From positions 1 to 39,701 of the forward strand of contig JBFMAS010000612.1 in assembly GCA_040755575.1 (NCBI GenBank): a DNA stretch of 39,701 nucleotides, in the 5' to 3' direction. This document shows positions 26,557 through 35,350 of the stretch, in pieces (position 1 is the stretch's first letter; every line of letters starts with the position of its first letter). Source of the stretch: Thermodesulfobacteriota bacterium. Lineage in GTDB: Bacteria; Desulfobacterota; Binatia; UBA12015. The translations under genes were made by a program, and so were the position numbers. The notes below the pieces were generated by a model. The model made no database searches and was not told the DNA's origin. It worked only from the letters and a program-made list of their open reading frames with translations.

Positions 26557-26874
26557 ATGGACACCAACGAGCGCATTCGCGAGGCGATCGAGCGCAACAG
26601 GATCGTGATCTACATGAAGGGGACCCCTTCGTTCCCCATGTGCGGCTTCTCGGCCGCGACGATCGAGGTGTTCGAGGAGCTCGGCGTGCCGTACGAGACG
26701 GTCGACGTCCTCAAGGACCCGGAGATCCGCGAGGGCATCAAGCGCTTCTCGAACTGGCCGACGATCCCGCAGGTCTACATCAACGGGCGCTTCATCGGCG
26801 GCTGCGACATCGTGCGCGAGATGCACGCGAACGGCGAGCTCGAGCCGCTCGTTCGCGAGACCGCTCAGGGCTGA
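26557..26874 (+). CDS. grxD: monothiol glutaredoxin (Grx4 family, CGFS)
   Basis: Starts at ATG 26557 with GGAAGGAAG upstream. Contains MKGTPSFPMCGFS, WPTIPQVYI.G.FIGGCDI. Confidence 0.95.
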   Translation: MDTNERIREAIERNRIVIYMKGTPSFPMCGFSAATIEVFEELGVPYETVDVLKDPEIREGIKRFSNWPTIPQVYINGRFIGGCDIVREMHANGELEPLVRETAQG

Positions 26875-27485
26875 GCGACACGCCCGCGCGCACGCGCCTC
26901 GAGCTCCGCGTAGACGCGCGTGAACCGGCGCTCGCTCTCGGCCGGCGTACCGGAGTTGTCGATCACGTAGTCGGCGAGCTCCGCCTTGCGGGCGATCGGC
27001 ATCTGGGAGGCGATGCGCGCGACCGCTTCCTCGTGCGTCAGCCCGTTGCGTGCGCGCAGGCGCTCGAGCTGCTGCGCCTCGTCGACGCGCACGACGACGA
27101 TCGGTCGCCATGCTTCGTGGCCGCCGTTCTCGATCAGCAGCGCCGACTCGTAGACCACCATCGGTGCGCCCGAGGCTTCTGCGGCCGCAAACCGTTGCTC
27201 GAGCAGCCGGCCGATGAAGGGAAAAGTGATCCCCATCAGCCTCCGTCGCAGCACGTCGTCGGCGAAGACGATGCGACCGAGCTTCGGCCGGTCGAGCGCA
27301 CCGTCGGGCAGCAGCACCTCGTCGCCGAACTCGCGCACCACCGCAGCGAGCCCGTCGCTGCCCTTGGCGACCGCGTCGCGTGCGGCGTCGTCGTCGTTGA
27401 CGACCGGCACGCCGCGCGCCGTGAAGAAGCCCGCGACGAGGCTCTTCCCGCACGCGATTCCGCCCGTCAGCCCGACACGCAGCAT
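26865..27485 (-). CDS. coaE: dephospho-CoA kinase
   Basis: The P-loop is GLTGGIACGKS, within the CoaE family layout. The 3' end overlaps the grxD 3' end by 10 bp. Confidence 0.92.
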   Translation of the reverse strand: MLRVGLTGGIACGKSLVAGFFTARGVPVVNDDDAARDAVAKGSDGLAAVVREFGDEVLLPDGALDRPKLGRIVFADDVLRRRLMGITFPFIGRLLEQRFAAAEASGAPMVVYESALLIENGGHEAWRPIVVVRVDEAQQLERLRARNGLTHEEAVARIASQMPIARKAELADYVIDNSGTPAESERRFTRVYAELEARARGRVAQP

Positions 27486-27559
27486 CGACGCTGCATAGCG
27501 GGTGACCGCTGCGCGGCCAAGCTTGCCCGGTCCACGGGATCGGGCTAGATCCGGCGTCG

Positions 27560-27823
27560 ATGTACTTCGTCACCATGGGCGGGATCTCGGGCTACGTGTG
27601 GTTCTCCACCACGCCGCGTGGCCGCGCCGCGATCGGATTGACCGACGCCGGCACGGTACGCGTGCTGGCACCGGGCGAGTCCTCCCGCGACTGGCGCGTG
27701 CTGCGCGAGTGGCCGGCGAGCGTCTACTCGCACACCGAGCTGCTGGTCGCGCTCGGCCGCGAGGAGGAGCCCGAGACCGCCGAGGATCTGCTCGCGAGCC
27801 TGCCGCGCGAAACGCTGGTCTGA
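27560..27823 (+). CDS. hypothetical small protein (87 aa)
   Basis: Third positions are almost uniformly G/C. It ends 11 nt before the first CoA-transferase gene. No motif was recognised. Confidence 0.6.
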   Translation: MYFVTMGGISGYVWFSTTPRGRAAIGLTDAGTVRVLAPGESSRDWRVLREWPASVYSHTELLVALGREEEPETAEDLLASLPRETLV

Positions 27824-27834
27824 GAACGGGCGCA

Positions 27835-29058
27835 GTGGCGGACATCGACCTCCAGAGCGACGCCCTGGCGGGCATCCGCGTCGTCGAGTGTGGCGACTTC
27901 GTCTCGGCGAGCTACGCAACGAAGCAGCTCGCCGACCTCGGTGCGCACGTGATCAAGGTGGAGCAGCCGGGGCGCGGCGACACGGCGCGCCGGCGCGGCC
28001 CGTTCGCCGGCTCGCCCGATCCCGAGCGCAGCGGGCTGTTCCTCTACCTCAACAGCAACAAGCACGGCATCGCGGTCGACCTCGAGCGTGCCGACGGTCG
28101 CGAGGTGCTCGCGCGGCTCGCGGCGAGCGCCGATCTCCTGGTGCACAACGTCGCCCCGGAGGCGATCGAACGGCTCGGCCTCGACGACCGCGCGCTTCGC
28201 GCACGCAAGCCTGCCCTGGTCGTCACCTCGATCAGCCCGTTCGGCCTCACGGGGCCCCACCGCGACCTGCGGATGCACGACCTGAACCTCTGGTGCGCGG
28301 GCGGCGTCGCGACGCTCAACGGCGGCGGCCCGGGCAGCGACGACATGCCGCCGCTCAAGGGCTTCGGCCAGCAGGCCGGCTTCCAGGCAGGGCTCAACGC
28401 GGCAGTCGGCTCGCTCGGCGCGCTGCTGTCCGCACTCGCAACCGGGGAAGGCCAGCTCGTCGAGGTGTCGGTCCAGGAGTGCCTGACCTCGATCCTCGAG
28501 ATGACGTACGAGTTCTATCCCTACATGGGCCTCGTCGCGTCACGCCTCGGGCAAAAGCCGATCGCGCCGCTCGACTTCCTCGAGTGCAAGGACGGCTGGA
28601 TCTTCATCTGCTGCGTCGAGGAGCACCAGTGGCAGCGCTTCGTCGAGCTGGCGGGCAACCCGGAGTGGGCGACGATGGAGCTGTTCGACAACCGCATGTC
28701 GCGCGCGGCGAACTGGGACGCGCTGAACATCTTCCTCTCCGAGTATGCTGCCGGCCTCACCGTGCAGGAGCTCTATCACCGAGCGCAGGCACGTCGGATC
28801 CCGTTCGCGCCGGTGTCGACGATGGGTGACCTGCTCGCTTCCGAGCACCTGAAGACACGCGGCTTCTTCGCCATGCTGGACGACGGGAACGGCGGCACGG
28901 TCACCATGCCGGGCGCGCCCTACCGCCACGCCGCGACGCCATGGCGGATCCGCAAGCGCGCGCCGCGGCTCGGCGAGGACACCGACCTGATCTTGACGGA
29001 GCTGGGCTACGGCGCGAGCGAGATCGCGGCGCTGCGGGCCGCGGGGGCGGTCGCATGA
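27835..29058 (+). CDS. family III CoA-transferase (CaiB/BaiF/Frc family), paralogue 1
   Basis: 407 aa from GTG 27835. The N-terminal motif is GIRVVECGDFVSASYATKQLADLGAHVIKVE, and the sequence continues ..VHNVAP...RLGL.. and LGEDTD. The track ORF upstream of 27835 overlaps the 87-aa gene out of frame. Confidence 0.88.
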   Translation: MADIDLQSDALAGIRVVECGDFVSASYATKQLADLGAHVIKVEQPGRGDTARRRGPFAGSPDPERSGLFLYLNSNKHGIAVDLERADGREVLARLAASADLLVHNVAPEAIERLGLDDRALRARKPALVVTSISPFGLTGPHRDLRMHDLNLWCAGGVATLNGGGPGSDDMPPLKGFGQQAGFQAGLNAAVGSLGALLSALATGEGQLVEVSVQECLTSILEMTYEFYPYMGLVASRLGQKPIAPLDFLECKDGWIFICCVEEHQWQRFVELAGNPEWATMELFDNRMSRAANWDALNIFLSEYAAGLTVQELYHRAQARRIPFAPVSTMGDLLASEHLKTRGFFAMLDDGNGGTVTMPGAPYRHAATPWRIRKRAPRLGEDTDLILTELGYGASEIAALRAAGAVA

Positions 29059-30281
29059 GCGCCGGGAAAAGCCGCAGGAAGCCCCTCGAGGGCGTTCGCG
29101 TCGCGGACTTCACCTGGGTATGGGCGGGTCCGTTCTGCAGCCTGCAGCTCGCTCACCTGGGCGCGGAGGTGATCCGCGTCGAGTCGGCGTCGCGCACCTG
29201 CGTGACGCGCCTGCTGCCCCCGTGGCCCGACGGTCAGCCGGGGGTCAACCGCTCCGGCTACTTCAACCAGTACAACCAGGGCAAGCGCAGCCTGGCGCTG
29301 AACCTCAAGGATCCCGCGGCGCTCGAGATCGCGAAGGACCTGGTGCGGGCGAGCGACGTCGTGGTGGAGAACTTCGCCTCCGGGGTGATCGATCGCATGG
29401 GCCTCGGCTACGAGGCGTGCCGCGCCCTGAAGCCCGACGTGATCATGATCTCGCTCTCGGGCTACGGCGCGACCGGCCCGGAGAGCGAGTACGTGTCGTA
29501 CGGGCCGGCGCAGGTTCCGCTGTCGGGCTTCTCCTCGGTAACCGGCTATCGCGGCTGGCGTCCCATGCACATCGGTATCTCGTACGGCGATCCGACGGCC
29601 GGCCTGCAGGGCGCGGTCGCCGTTCTGGCCGCACTGATCCACCGCCGCCGCACCGGGCACGGCCAGTACATCGACCTGTCGCAGTGGGAGAGCACGATGG
29701 CGCTCCTCCCCGAGGCGATCCTCGCCTACACGATGACGGGCCGCGCCCCGGAGCGCGACGGCAACCACGACGTCCTGTGGGCACCGCACGCCGTCTATCG
29801 CTGCGCCGGCGACGACCGCTGGGTATCGATCGTCGTGGCGGACGACGCCGAGTGGCGCGCGCTGGCTGGCTTGATCGATCCGGCGCTGGTCGAGGACACC
29901 CGCTTCGCGACCGTGCGGGCGCGCAAGCAGAACGAGGAGGTGCTCGACGAGCTGATCGCCGCCTGGTGCACGTCGCGCACCCCCGAGGAGGTGCGCGACC
30001 TCCTGCAGGGTGCCGGCATCGCCGCGTTCCCCGCGATGACGAATAGGGACCTGCACGAGGACCCGCACCTGGGCTCGCGCGACTACTTCGTCGAGCTACC
30101 GCACCCCGAGATCGGCGCTCGGCGCCACATGGGCATCCCCTACAAGCTGCACGGAACGCCGCTGCGCGTCTGGCGCGCGGCGCCCTGCTTCGGCGAGGAC
30201 ACCGACTGGGTGCTGCGCGAGGTGCTCCGCTACGACGAGCGGCGCATCGCGGAGCTGCACGCCGCCGGGACGCTGAGCTGA
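29055..30281 (+). CDS. family III CoA-transferase (CaiB/BaiF/Frc family), paralogue 2
   Basis: ATG 29055 overlaps the paralogue-1 stop (ATGA). Contains GVRVADFTWVWAGPFCSLQLAHLGAEVIRVE, the ..YGDPTAGLQGAVAVLAAL segment (catalytic-Asp context as in Frc ALGDSNSG) and FGEDTD. Confidence 0.9.
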   Translation: MSAGKSRRKPLEGVRVADFTWVWAGPFCSLQLAHLGAEVIRVESASRTCVTRLLPPWPDGQPGVNRSGYFNQYNQGKRSLALNLKDPAALEIAKDLVRASDVVVENFASGVIDRMGLGYEACRALKPDVIMISLSGYGATGPESEYVSYGPAQVPLSGFSSVTGYRGWRPMHIGISYGDPTAGLQGAVAVLAALIHRRRTGHGQYIDLSQWESTMALLPEAILAYTMTGRAPERDGNHDVLWAPHAVYRCAGDDRWVSIVVADDAEWRALAGLIDPALVEDTRFATVRARKQNEEVLDELIAAWCTSRTPEEVRDLLQGAGIAAFPAMTNRDLHEDPHLGSRDYFVELPHPEIGARRHMGIPYKLHGTPLRVWRAAPCFGEDTDWVLREVLRYDERRIAELHAAGTLS

Positions 30282-30290
30282 GGCCGCGGC

Positions 30291-32765
30291 TCAGCCGGGC
30301 ACGAGCTCGGTCGTGTCGCCGGTCACCTCGACACCGAGCCGCAGCGTGAGGCAGTCGCCGCGGCGCCACGCCTCGACCTGATCCAGCAGGTGCGCGCTAC
30401 GCACCTGGCCCGACTGCCCCGTCGGCAAGGCGAGCTTCACCTCGTCGGTCGACAGGTCCGCGATCATGCGAGCGACGGGCGAGAGCACGATCGGATAGGG
30501 CGGCGCCGTACCGGCGAGGCGATGCTGCAGCACGGTGAACGGCGAGCCCGGGGCCGCCCACGGCTCCGGCGCGCCCGCCGCGAAGCTCTCGTGCCCGGCC
30601 AGCGGGTGGCGCGGCGCCAGCTCGTGCAGCGCCCCCCAGGACCACGACGACGGATCGTCGCCCCGCGTCTCGGCGAGCCAGGTGGCCGCGCGACCGAACG
30701 CCCCGACGAGCGCCCGGTCCTTGTCGTCCTCGGTCGGGAACCACGGCGACGTCGGCGCGGCGACGATCTTCGCCACGCCCCACCAGGCGAAGCGCCACAT
30801 CCGCGCGAGCGGACCGAAGCGCTGCTCGGGGAACAGGTCGCGCAGCAGGTGCCCGAACATCGCCACGTAGAACAGCGCCGCCGCACCCGAGTCGGCGCGC
30901 GCCTCGCCCTGCCACTCCTGCAGCAGGGGTACCGCGCGCGCGAGCGCCGGATGGCTCGCGACCTCCGGGCGGGCGAGAGCGCGCTTCACGTGCGGCAGCA
31001 CGTCGACGGCCGCGAGATCGACGACGTCGCGCTGCAGCTCGCGGCACGCGTCCACCGTGACGCGTGGCTGCTCGGCGAGACGCTCACGGATGCGCCGCGC
31101 CCGGTACGCGTGATCGCCGTACGCATGCGCGGGATACTTGGCGGTGCGCGCGTCGAGATGCGCCTCGTTCGCGGTGACCACGACGTCGCCCCTGCGCTGG
31201 GCGCACACCGCCGAGAGCCCGCTGACTGCGGTCCAGCGACCCTCACCGCACCAGCCGCGGACCGGAAGCCGGGCAGCGGCCTCGCGCACGGGCAAGCCGC
31301 CGATACCCCAGTGCCCGACGGCGCCCGTCGCGTCCGCCGCGTACAGGTTCAACGCGAGCGGCCCCTTGTCGAGCAGCGCGGCCGCCTTCTCGACCTCGGC
31401 AAGGCTCGACGCGCGCGCCAGCGCGAGCCAGCCGGGCAACGCGGAGCCCAGCGAGTTGACGCCCCAGCGAAGCGCGATGCCCAGCACGCCCATTTCTGCA
31501 TGCGGACCGTCGAGCTGGCTCACGAGGTGCGAGAGCAGCGGCCCGTTGCGCGTCTCGGCGACCTCGAATTTGAGGCTCTCGCCGCCGCGGACCCGTATCA
31601 GCTCGCTGCGGCGGTTGAGCGGCGACCAGCCGCTCTCCGTGCGGAAGTTGCCGATGCCGTCGAGCTCCTCGATCACGCAGTCGGCGTCGTCGAGCGAGAA
31701 GTTGGTCACGCCCCACGCGCAGTGCTTGTTGCGCCCGAGCTGCAGCACCGGACCGCCGGCGTGCGCGGCGCCGGCGACGGCGAAGCCGGGCGCTTCCAGG
31801 TGCGCGAGGTACATGACGCTCGGCAACGTCGTGGCGAGGTGCGGGTCGCCGGCGACGATCGCGCCGCCCTCCGCACGCTCGCGCCCGACCGCCCAACCGT
31901 TGCTGCCGCCGCCGGCGGGCATTGCCGTCACGTGATCGAGGATGCGCAAATCGAGCCGGCGCCAGAGAGCGAGGATCTGCTCCGGCACCAGGCCGAGATC
32001 GAGGCCCGGCGGCGAGACCCAGCGTGCGCGCTCGAGCCCCGCGGTCGCGAGCGCACGGGCGATGAGCATCTTGTGCGGCCAGGTCTCGAGCGACATCTCC
32101 CACGTCGCGTAGAGCTCGACGGCGAGCGAGTCGGCGATCGTCCAGGGCTCCATCTCGTACTCGAGGACGCGACACTCCTCGGGCTTCGACTCGGCACGGA
32201 CGGCATTGAGCCCACCGACGAACGCCGCGAGGACGTCGCGCGCGACGCCCTCGAGCCGGTTCGCCGCGACCGCCGCCCGGCGCGGGATGCCGACGGTACG
32301 CATCAACGCGTCGTGCCGCGCGAACGGTTCGCCGAGCACCTCGGCAAGACGGCCGCACGCCAGGCGTCGCAGCACGTCGAGCTGCCAGAGGCGGTCCTCC
32401 GCCATGCAGAAGCCGAGCGCCGCATAGGCGTCGCGCTCGGTCTTTGCGGTGACGTGCGGCACGCCGGCCGAATCACGCACGATCTTCGCGCGAGCACCGA
32501 GTGCAGCGACCGTCTTGCGCGGATACGGCGACGGCTCCGGCACGCCCCGCCGCCGGCGCGGCGTCTCGCCCGACTCCTCGTCGTCCTCGGCGCCCTCGAC
32601 GTCCGCCGCGACGCCGCGTCCCCAGCTCGCGCCGCCGAACGGCGACCCCGCGTCCCCGCCGCGCGGGTCGACCTCGCGACGGGGCGTCGGACGCAGGCCG
32701 GTGTCCCAGGGACGGCCGCCGAAGCCGCGGCGCTCGTCGTCACGCCCGCTCATCCGGCGCCCCAC
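30291..32765 (-). CDS. penicillin acylase / N-acyl-homoserine-lactone acylase family Ntn-hydrolase (peptidase S45)
   Basis: The alpha-subunit motif is GVPHVTAKTERDAYAALGFCMAEDRLWQLD. The autoprocessing site is GGG|SNGWAV, followed by GDPHL. The N-terminus is uncertain among ATG 32765, ATG 32753 and an internal GTG. Confidence 0.88.
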   Translation of the reverse strand: MGRRMSGRDDERRGFGGRPWDTGLRPTPRREVDPRGGDAGSPFGGASWGRGVAADVEGAEDDEESGETPRRRRGVPEPSPYPRKTVAALGARAKIVRDSAGVPHVTAKTERDAYAALGFCMAEDRLWQLDVLRRLACGRLAEVLGEPFARHDALMRTVGIPRRAAVAANRLEGVARDVLAAFVGGLNAVRAESKPEECRVLEYEMEPWTIADSLAVELYATWEMSLETWPHKMLIARALATAGLERARWVSPPGLDLGLVPEQILALWRRLDLRILDHVTAMPAGGGSNGWAVGRERAEGGAIVAGDPHLATTLPSVMYLAHLEAPGFAVAGAAHAGGPVLQLGRNKHCAWGVTNFSLDDADCVIEELDGIGNFRTESGWSPLNRRSELIRVRGGESLKFEVAETRNGPLLSHLVSQLDGPHAEMGVLGIALRWGVNSLGSALPGWLALARASSLAEVEKAAALLDKGPLALNLYAADATGAVGHWGIGGLPVREAAARLPVRGWCGEGRWTAVSGLSAVCAQRRGDVVVTANEAHLDARTAKYPAHAYGDHAYRARRIRERLAEQPRVTVDACRELQRDVVDLAAVDVLPHVKRALARPEVASHPALARAVPLLQEWQGEARADSGAAALFYVAMFGHLLRDLFPEQRFGPLARMWRFAWWGVAKIVAAPTSPWFPTEDDKDRALVGAFGRAATWLAETRGDDPSSWSWGALHELAPRHPLAGHESFAAGAPEPWAAPGSPFTVLQHRLAGTAPPYPIVLSPVARMIADLSTDEVKLALPTGQSGQVRSAHLLDQVEAWRRGDCLTLRLGVEVTGDTTELVPG

Positions 32766-32845
32766 GCGCGCCTCGTGAGGCGCGCAATCCCGTCGTCGTT
32801 CGTCGCCACCGTCTCAAGGCTTACCAGACAAACGCTCGCCCTCAA

Positions 32846-33301
32846 TCACTTCTTTCGCGCCGGAACGACGAGGACCGGGCACGCGGCGTGGCGCACCACT
32901 CGCTCCGACACGCTGCCCATCAGCAGGTGGGACAGGCCCGAGCGCCCGTGCGTCCCGAGGACGATCAGGTTCGACCGCCCCTTGCCGCCCGCGGCGACGA
33001 TCTCCTCGGCGGGCCGGCCCAGCCGTACCGCTACCGTCGCCCCGGGCAGCTTGCCGAGCTTGCGCGTGCGCACCCGCTCGATCTCCTGCTTCGCCTGCTT
33101 CAGGTGCTCCTCGATGATCGACTGCGTCGCGATCGGCGTACCGCCGAGCACGTCGACCCCGGTGAACTCGAGCGGCTCGACGACGTAGAGCACCGACAGC
33201 CGTGCACCCAGCTCCTGTGCGAGGCCGATCCCATAGTCGAGGGCCTCCTGAGACAGCTTCGAGAAATCGATGGCGACGAGGATCTTCTTGACCTGCTGCA
33301 C
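32846..33301 (-). CDS. universal stress protein (UspA family)
   Basis: Contains KKILVAIDFS.. and the ATP-binding motif GTHGRSGLSHLLMGSVSERVVRHAACPVLVV. The start is GTG 33301 or 33307. The rest of track ORF 32846..35197 is antisense artefact. Confidence 0.9.
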   Translation of the reverse strand: MQQVKKILVAIDFSKLSQEALDYGIGLAQELGARLSVLYVVEPLEFTGVDVLGGTPIATQSIIEEHLKQAKQEIERVRTRKLGKLPGATVAVRLGRPAEEIVAAGGKGRSNLIVLGTHGRSGLSHLLMGSVSERVVRHAACPVLVVPARKK

Positions 33302-33433
33302 CGGCACCCCCCTGTCTTCTCCGCTTCGGCCGCGGGCTCGGCGTACGTTAGAGCAAGGCGTCCGGCGCTTCCACCTCCGCCGGCCCCGGGGTAGGATCGT
33401 CGCATCGGTGAACCCGGCGCGACGGGAGGGCGC

Positions 33434-33709
33434 GTGACGATCCAAGTGGAGCAGACGATCCAGCAAGTGGAAGCGATCTTTCGCTTCAACCAGGAGGTCG
33501 ACCGACGGTTCGCCGAGTGCGGCATCGGCAGCACGGGGGAGCTGCTCCAGATCTACGGGCAGCTCCGTCAGGCGGTCGAGCGCCTGAGCTTCCCCGAGCT
33601 CGAGTGGGCGAGCCAGGAGGCAGGTCGCCTGCACCAGCGGCTGCGGGAGCTCGGCGAGGAGCTGCAGCATCTGAGCACGCTGAAGGCCGCCTTCGAGGTG
33701 CGCCACTAG
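33434..33709 (+). CDS. hypothetical small helical protein (91 aa)
   Basis: Starts at GTG 33434 with GGGAGGG 3 nt upstream. Third positions are G/C-rich and the sequence is heptad-like (LHQRLRELGEELQHLSTLKAAFE). No family was recognised. Confidence 0.55.
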   Translation: MTIQVEQTIQQVEAIFRFNQEVDRRFAECGIGSTGELLQIYGQLRQAVERLSFPELEWASQEAGRLHQRLRELGEELQHLSTLKAAFEVRH

Positions 33710-33754
33710 AGCTCGGCCGGGGTCGGCCGGAGGAGAGCCCTCACGCTGTCGGTC

Positions 33755-35284
33755 GTGAATCGGTCGCAGGTCCAGACCACAGACGACATCGAGCTCCTGC
33801 TCGCCGTGCTGCCTATGGCCGTCCGCGCCGCGATCGCGCGGCATCCCGATCTCGAGACGCTGCTCGAGATCGTTCTCGATCTCGGCCGACAGCCCGAAGC
33901 ACGCTTCCCGGGCGGCTCCGTGTGGCTCGGCGACGACGTCGTGACGCGGGACGACCTGGCGCACGCGACGGCCTGCGTCGGCGCCTTCACCAGCGACAAC
34001 CGCGCGGGCATCGAGCGGACGCTGCATCGCATCTCGGCGATCCGCAACCGCGCGGGCGACGTGGTCGGGCTGACCTGCCGGGTCGGTCGCGCGGTGTACG
34101 GCACCGTCGAGATCGTCCGTGACGTGATCGAGTCCGGCCGCAGCACGCTGCTGCTCGGGCCGCCGGGCGTCGGCAAGACGACCCTGCTGCGCGAGGCGGC
34201 GCGCGTCCTCGCCGACGAGTCCGGCAAGCGCGTGATCGTCGTCGACACCTCGAACGAGATCGCGGGCGACGGCGACATCCCGCATCCGGGCATCGGACGC
34301 GCGCGCCGCATGCAGGTCGCGTCGCCCGACCGGCAGCACGCGGTGATGATCGAGGCGGTCGAGAACCACATGCCCGAGGTGATCGTCATCGACGAGATCG
34401 GCACCGAGGCCGAGTCCGCGGCCGCGCGGACGATCGCCGAGCGCGGCGTCCAGCTCGTCGCGACGGCGCACGGACACTCGCTCGACAACCTGCTCACCAA
34501 CCCGACGCTCAGCGACCTGATCGGCGGCATCCAGGCGGTGACGCTGGGCGACGAGGAGGCGCGCCGGCGACGGACACAGAAGACGGTCCTCGAGCGCAAG
34601 CAGGCGCCGACCTTCGACGTGCTGATCGAGATCCAGACGCGTGACCGGCTCGCGGTCCACCACGACGTCGCGAAGGTGGTCGACGCGACGCTGCGCGGGC
34701 ACCCGTGGTCGCCGGAGCTGCGGCTGCGCAAGGAGGACGGCGACGTCGAGGTGCGGCCGGCCGAGCACGAGCCGACGCCGCCCGAGAAGCGCAGCGTTCG
34801 CCGGCTGATCCGCATCTACCCCTACGCCGTCAGCGAGGAGCGGCTCGAGCGCGCGATCCACTCGACGGGCGCCCCGGCACGGATCGCGCGCTCGGTGCGC
34901 GACGCGGACGTGATCCTCACCTTGCGCAGCTACACGAAGCGTCAGCCCGCGAAGCTGCGCGACGCGCTCAGCCGCGACCTGCCGGTGCACATGCTGCGCA
35001 GCGGCAGCCTGGCGCACATCGAGGCGTTCCTCGATGGCCTGCGTCGCACCGAGCGTGGCGCGGACGAGGGAGAGATCAACGACCTGGAGACGAACGACGC
35101 GGCGGCCGAGGCGGAAGCGGCGGCGCGCTCGGTGCTCGAGAACGGCGAAGCGATCGAGCTGCTCGCCCGCCCGGCCGCGACGCGACGTGCGCAGCACGCG
35201 GTCGCCGAGCGCTTCGGCGTGCAGTCGGTGAGCCGCGGTCGCGAGCCGTACCGCCGCGTCGTGCTGCTCCCCGCGGACGGCTGA
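33755..35284 (+). CDS. SpoIIIAA / Ycf45-like AAA ATPase (R3H-ATPase family)
   Basis: The N-terminal motif is [12 protein letters not shown]...[16 protein letters not shown]. Walker A is [15 protein letters not shown] and Walker B is [10 protein letters not shown], followed by ATAHG. This matches the SpoIIIAA/ycf45 layout. A canonical R-x3-H was not evident in the C-terminal domain. Confidence 0.8.
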   Translation: MNRSQVQTTDDIELLLAVLPMAVRAAIARHPDLETLLEIVLDLGRQPEARFPGGSVWLGDDVVTRDDLAHATACVGAFTSDNRAGIERTLHRISAIRNRAGDVVGLTCRVGRAVYGTVEIVRDVIESGRSTLLLGPPGVGKTTLLREAARVLADESGKRVIVVDTSNEIAGDGDIPHPGIGRARRMQVASPDRQHAVMIEAVENHMPEVIVIDEIGTEAESAAARTIAERGVQLVATAHGHSLDNLLTNPTLSDLIGGIQAVTLGDEEARRRRTQKTVLERKQAPTFDVLIEIQTRDRLAVHHDVAKVVDATLRGHPWSPELRLRKEDGDVEVRPAEHEPTPPEKRSVRRLIRIYPYAVSEERLERAIHSTGAPARIARSVRDADVILTLRSYTKRQPAKLRDALSRDLPVHMLRSGSLAHIEAFLDGLRRTERGADEGEINDLETNDAAAEAEAAARSVLENGEAIELLARPAATRRAQHAVAERFGVQSVSRGREPYRRVVLLPADG

Positions 35285-35350
35285 GCGGAGCGACGAGCGC
35301 GTCCGGCGCTCGCGCGCGCCGGGGCGCTCGGTTAACTGTCTTCCGTCGCC

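Noticed and set aside
33707-33757. The 91-aa ORF and the ATPase gene are in the same frame, separated by a TAG. This suggested stop-codon read-through or a split gene.
   Set aside because: SpoIIIAA/Ycf45-type proteins normally begin at the TDD..LL..LP motif, which is found right after GTG 33755. TAG is also used as an ordinary stop by other genes here (rluD-like, polyprenyl synthase, FNR). Sharing a frame has a one-in-three chance.
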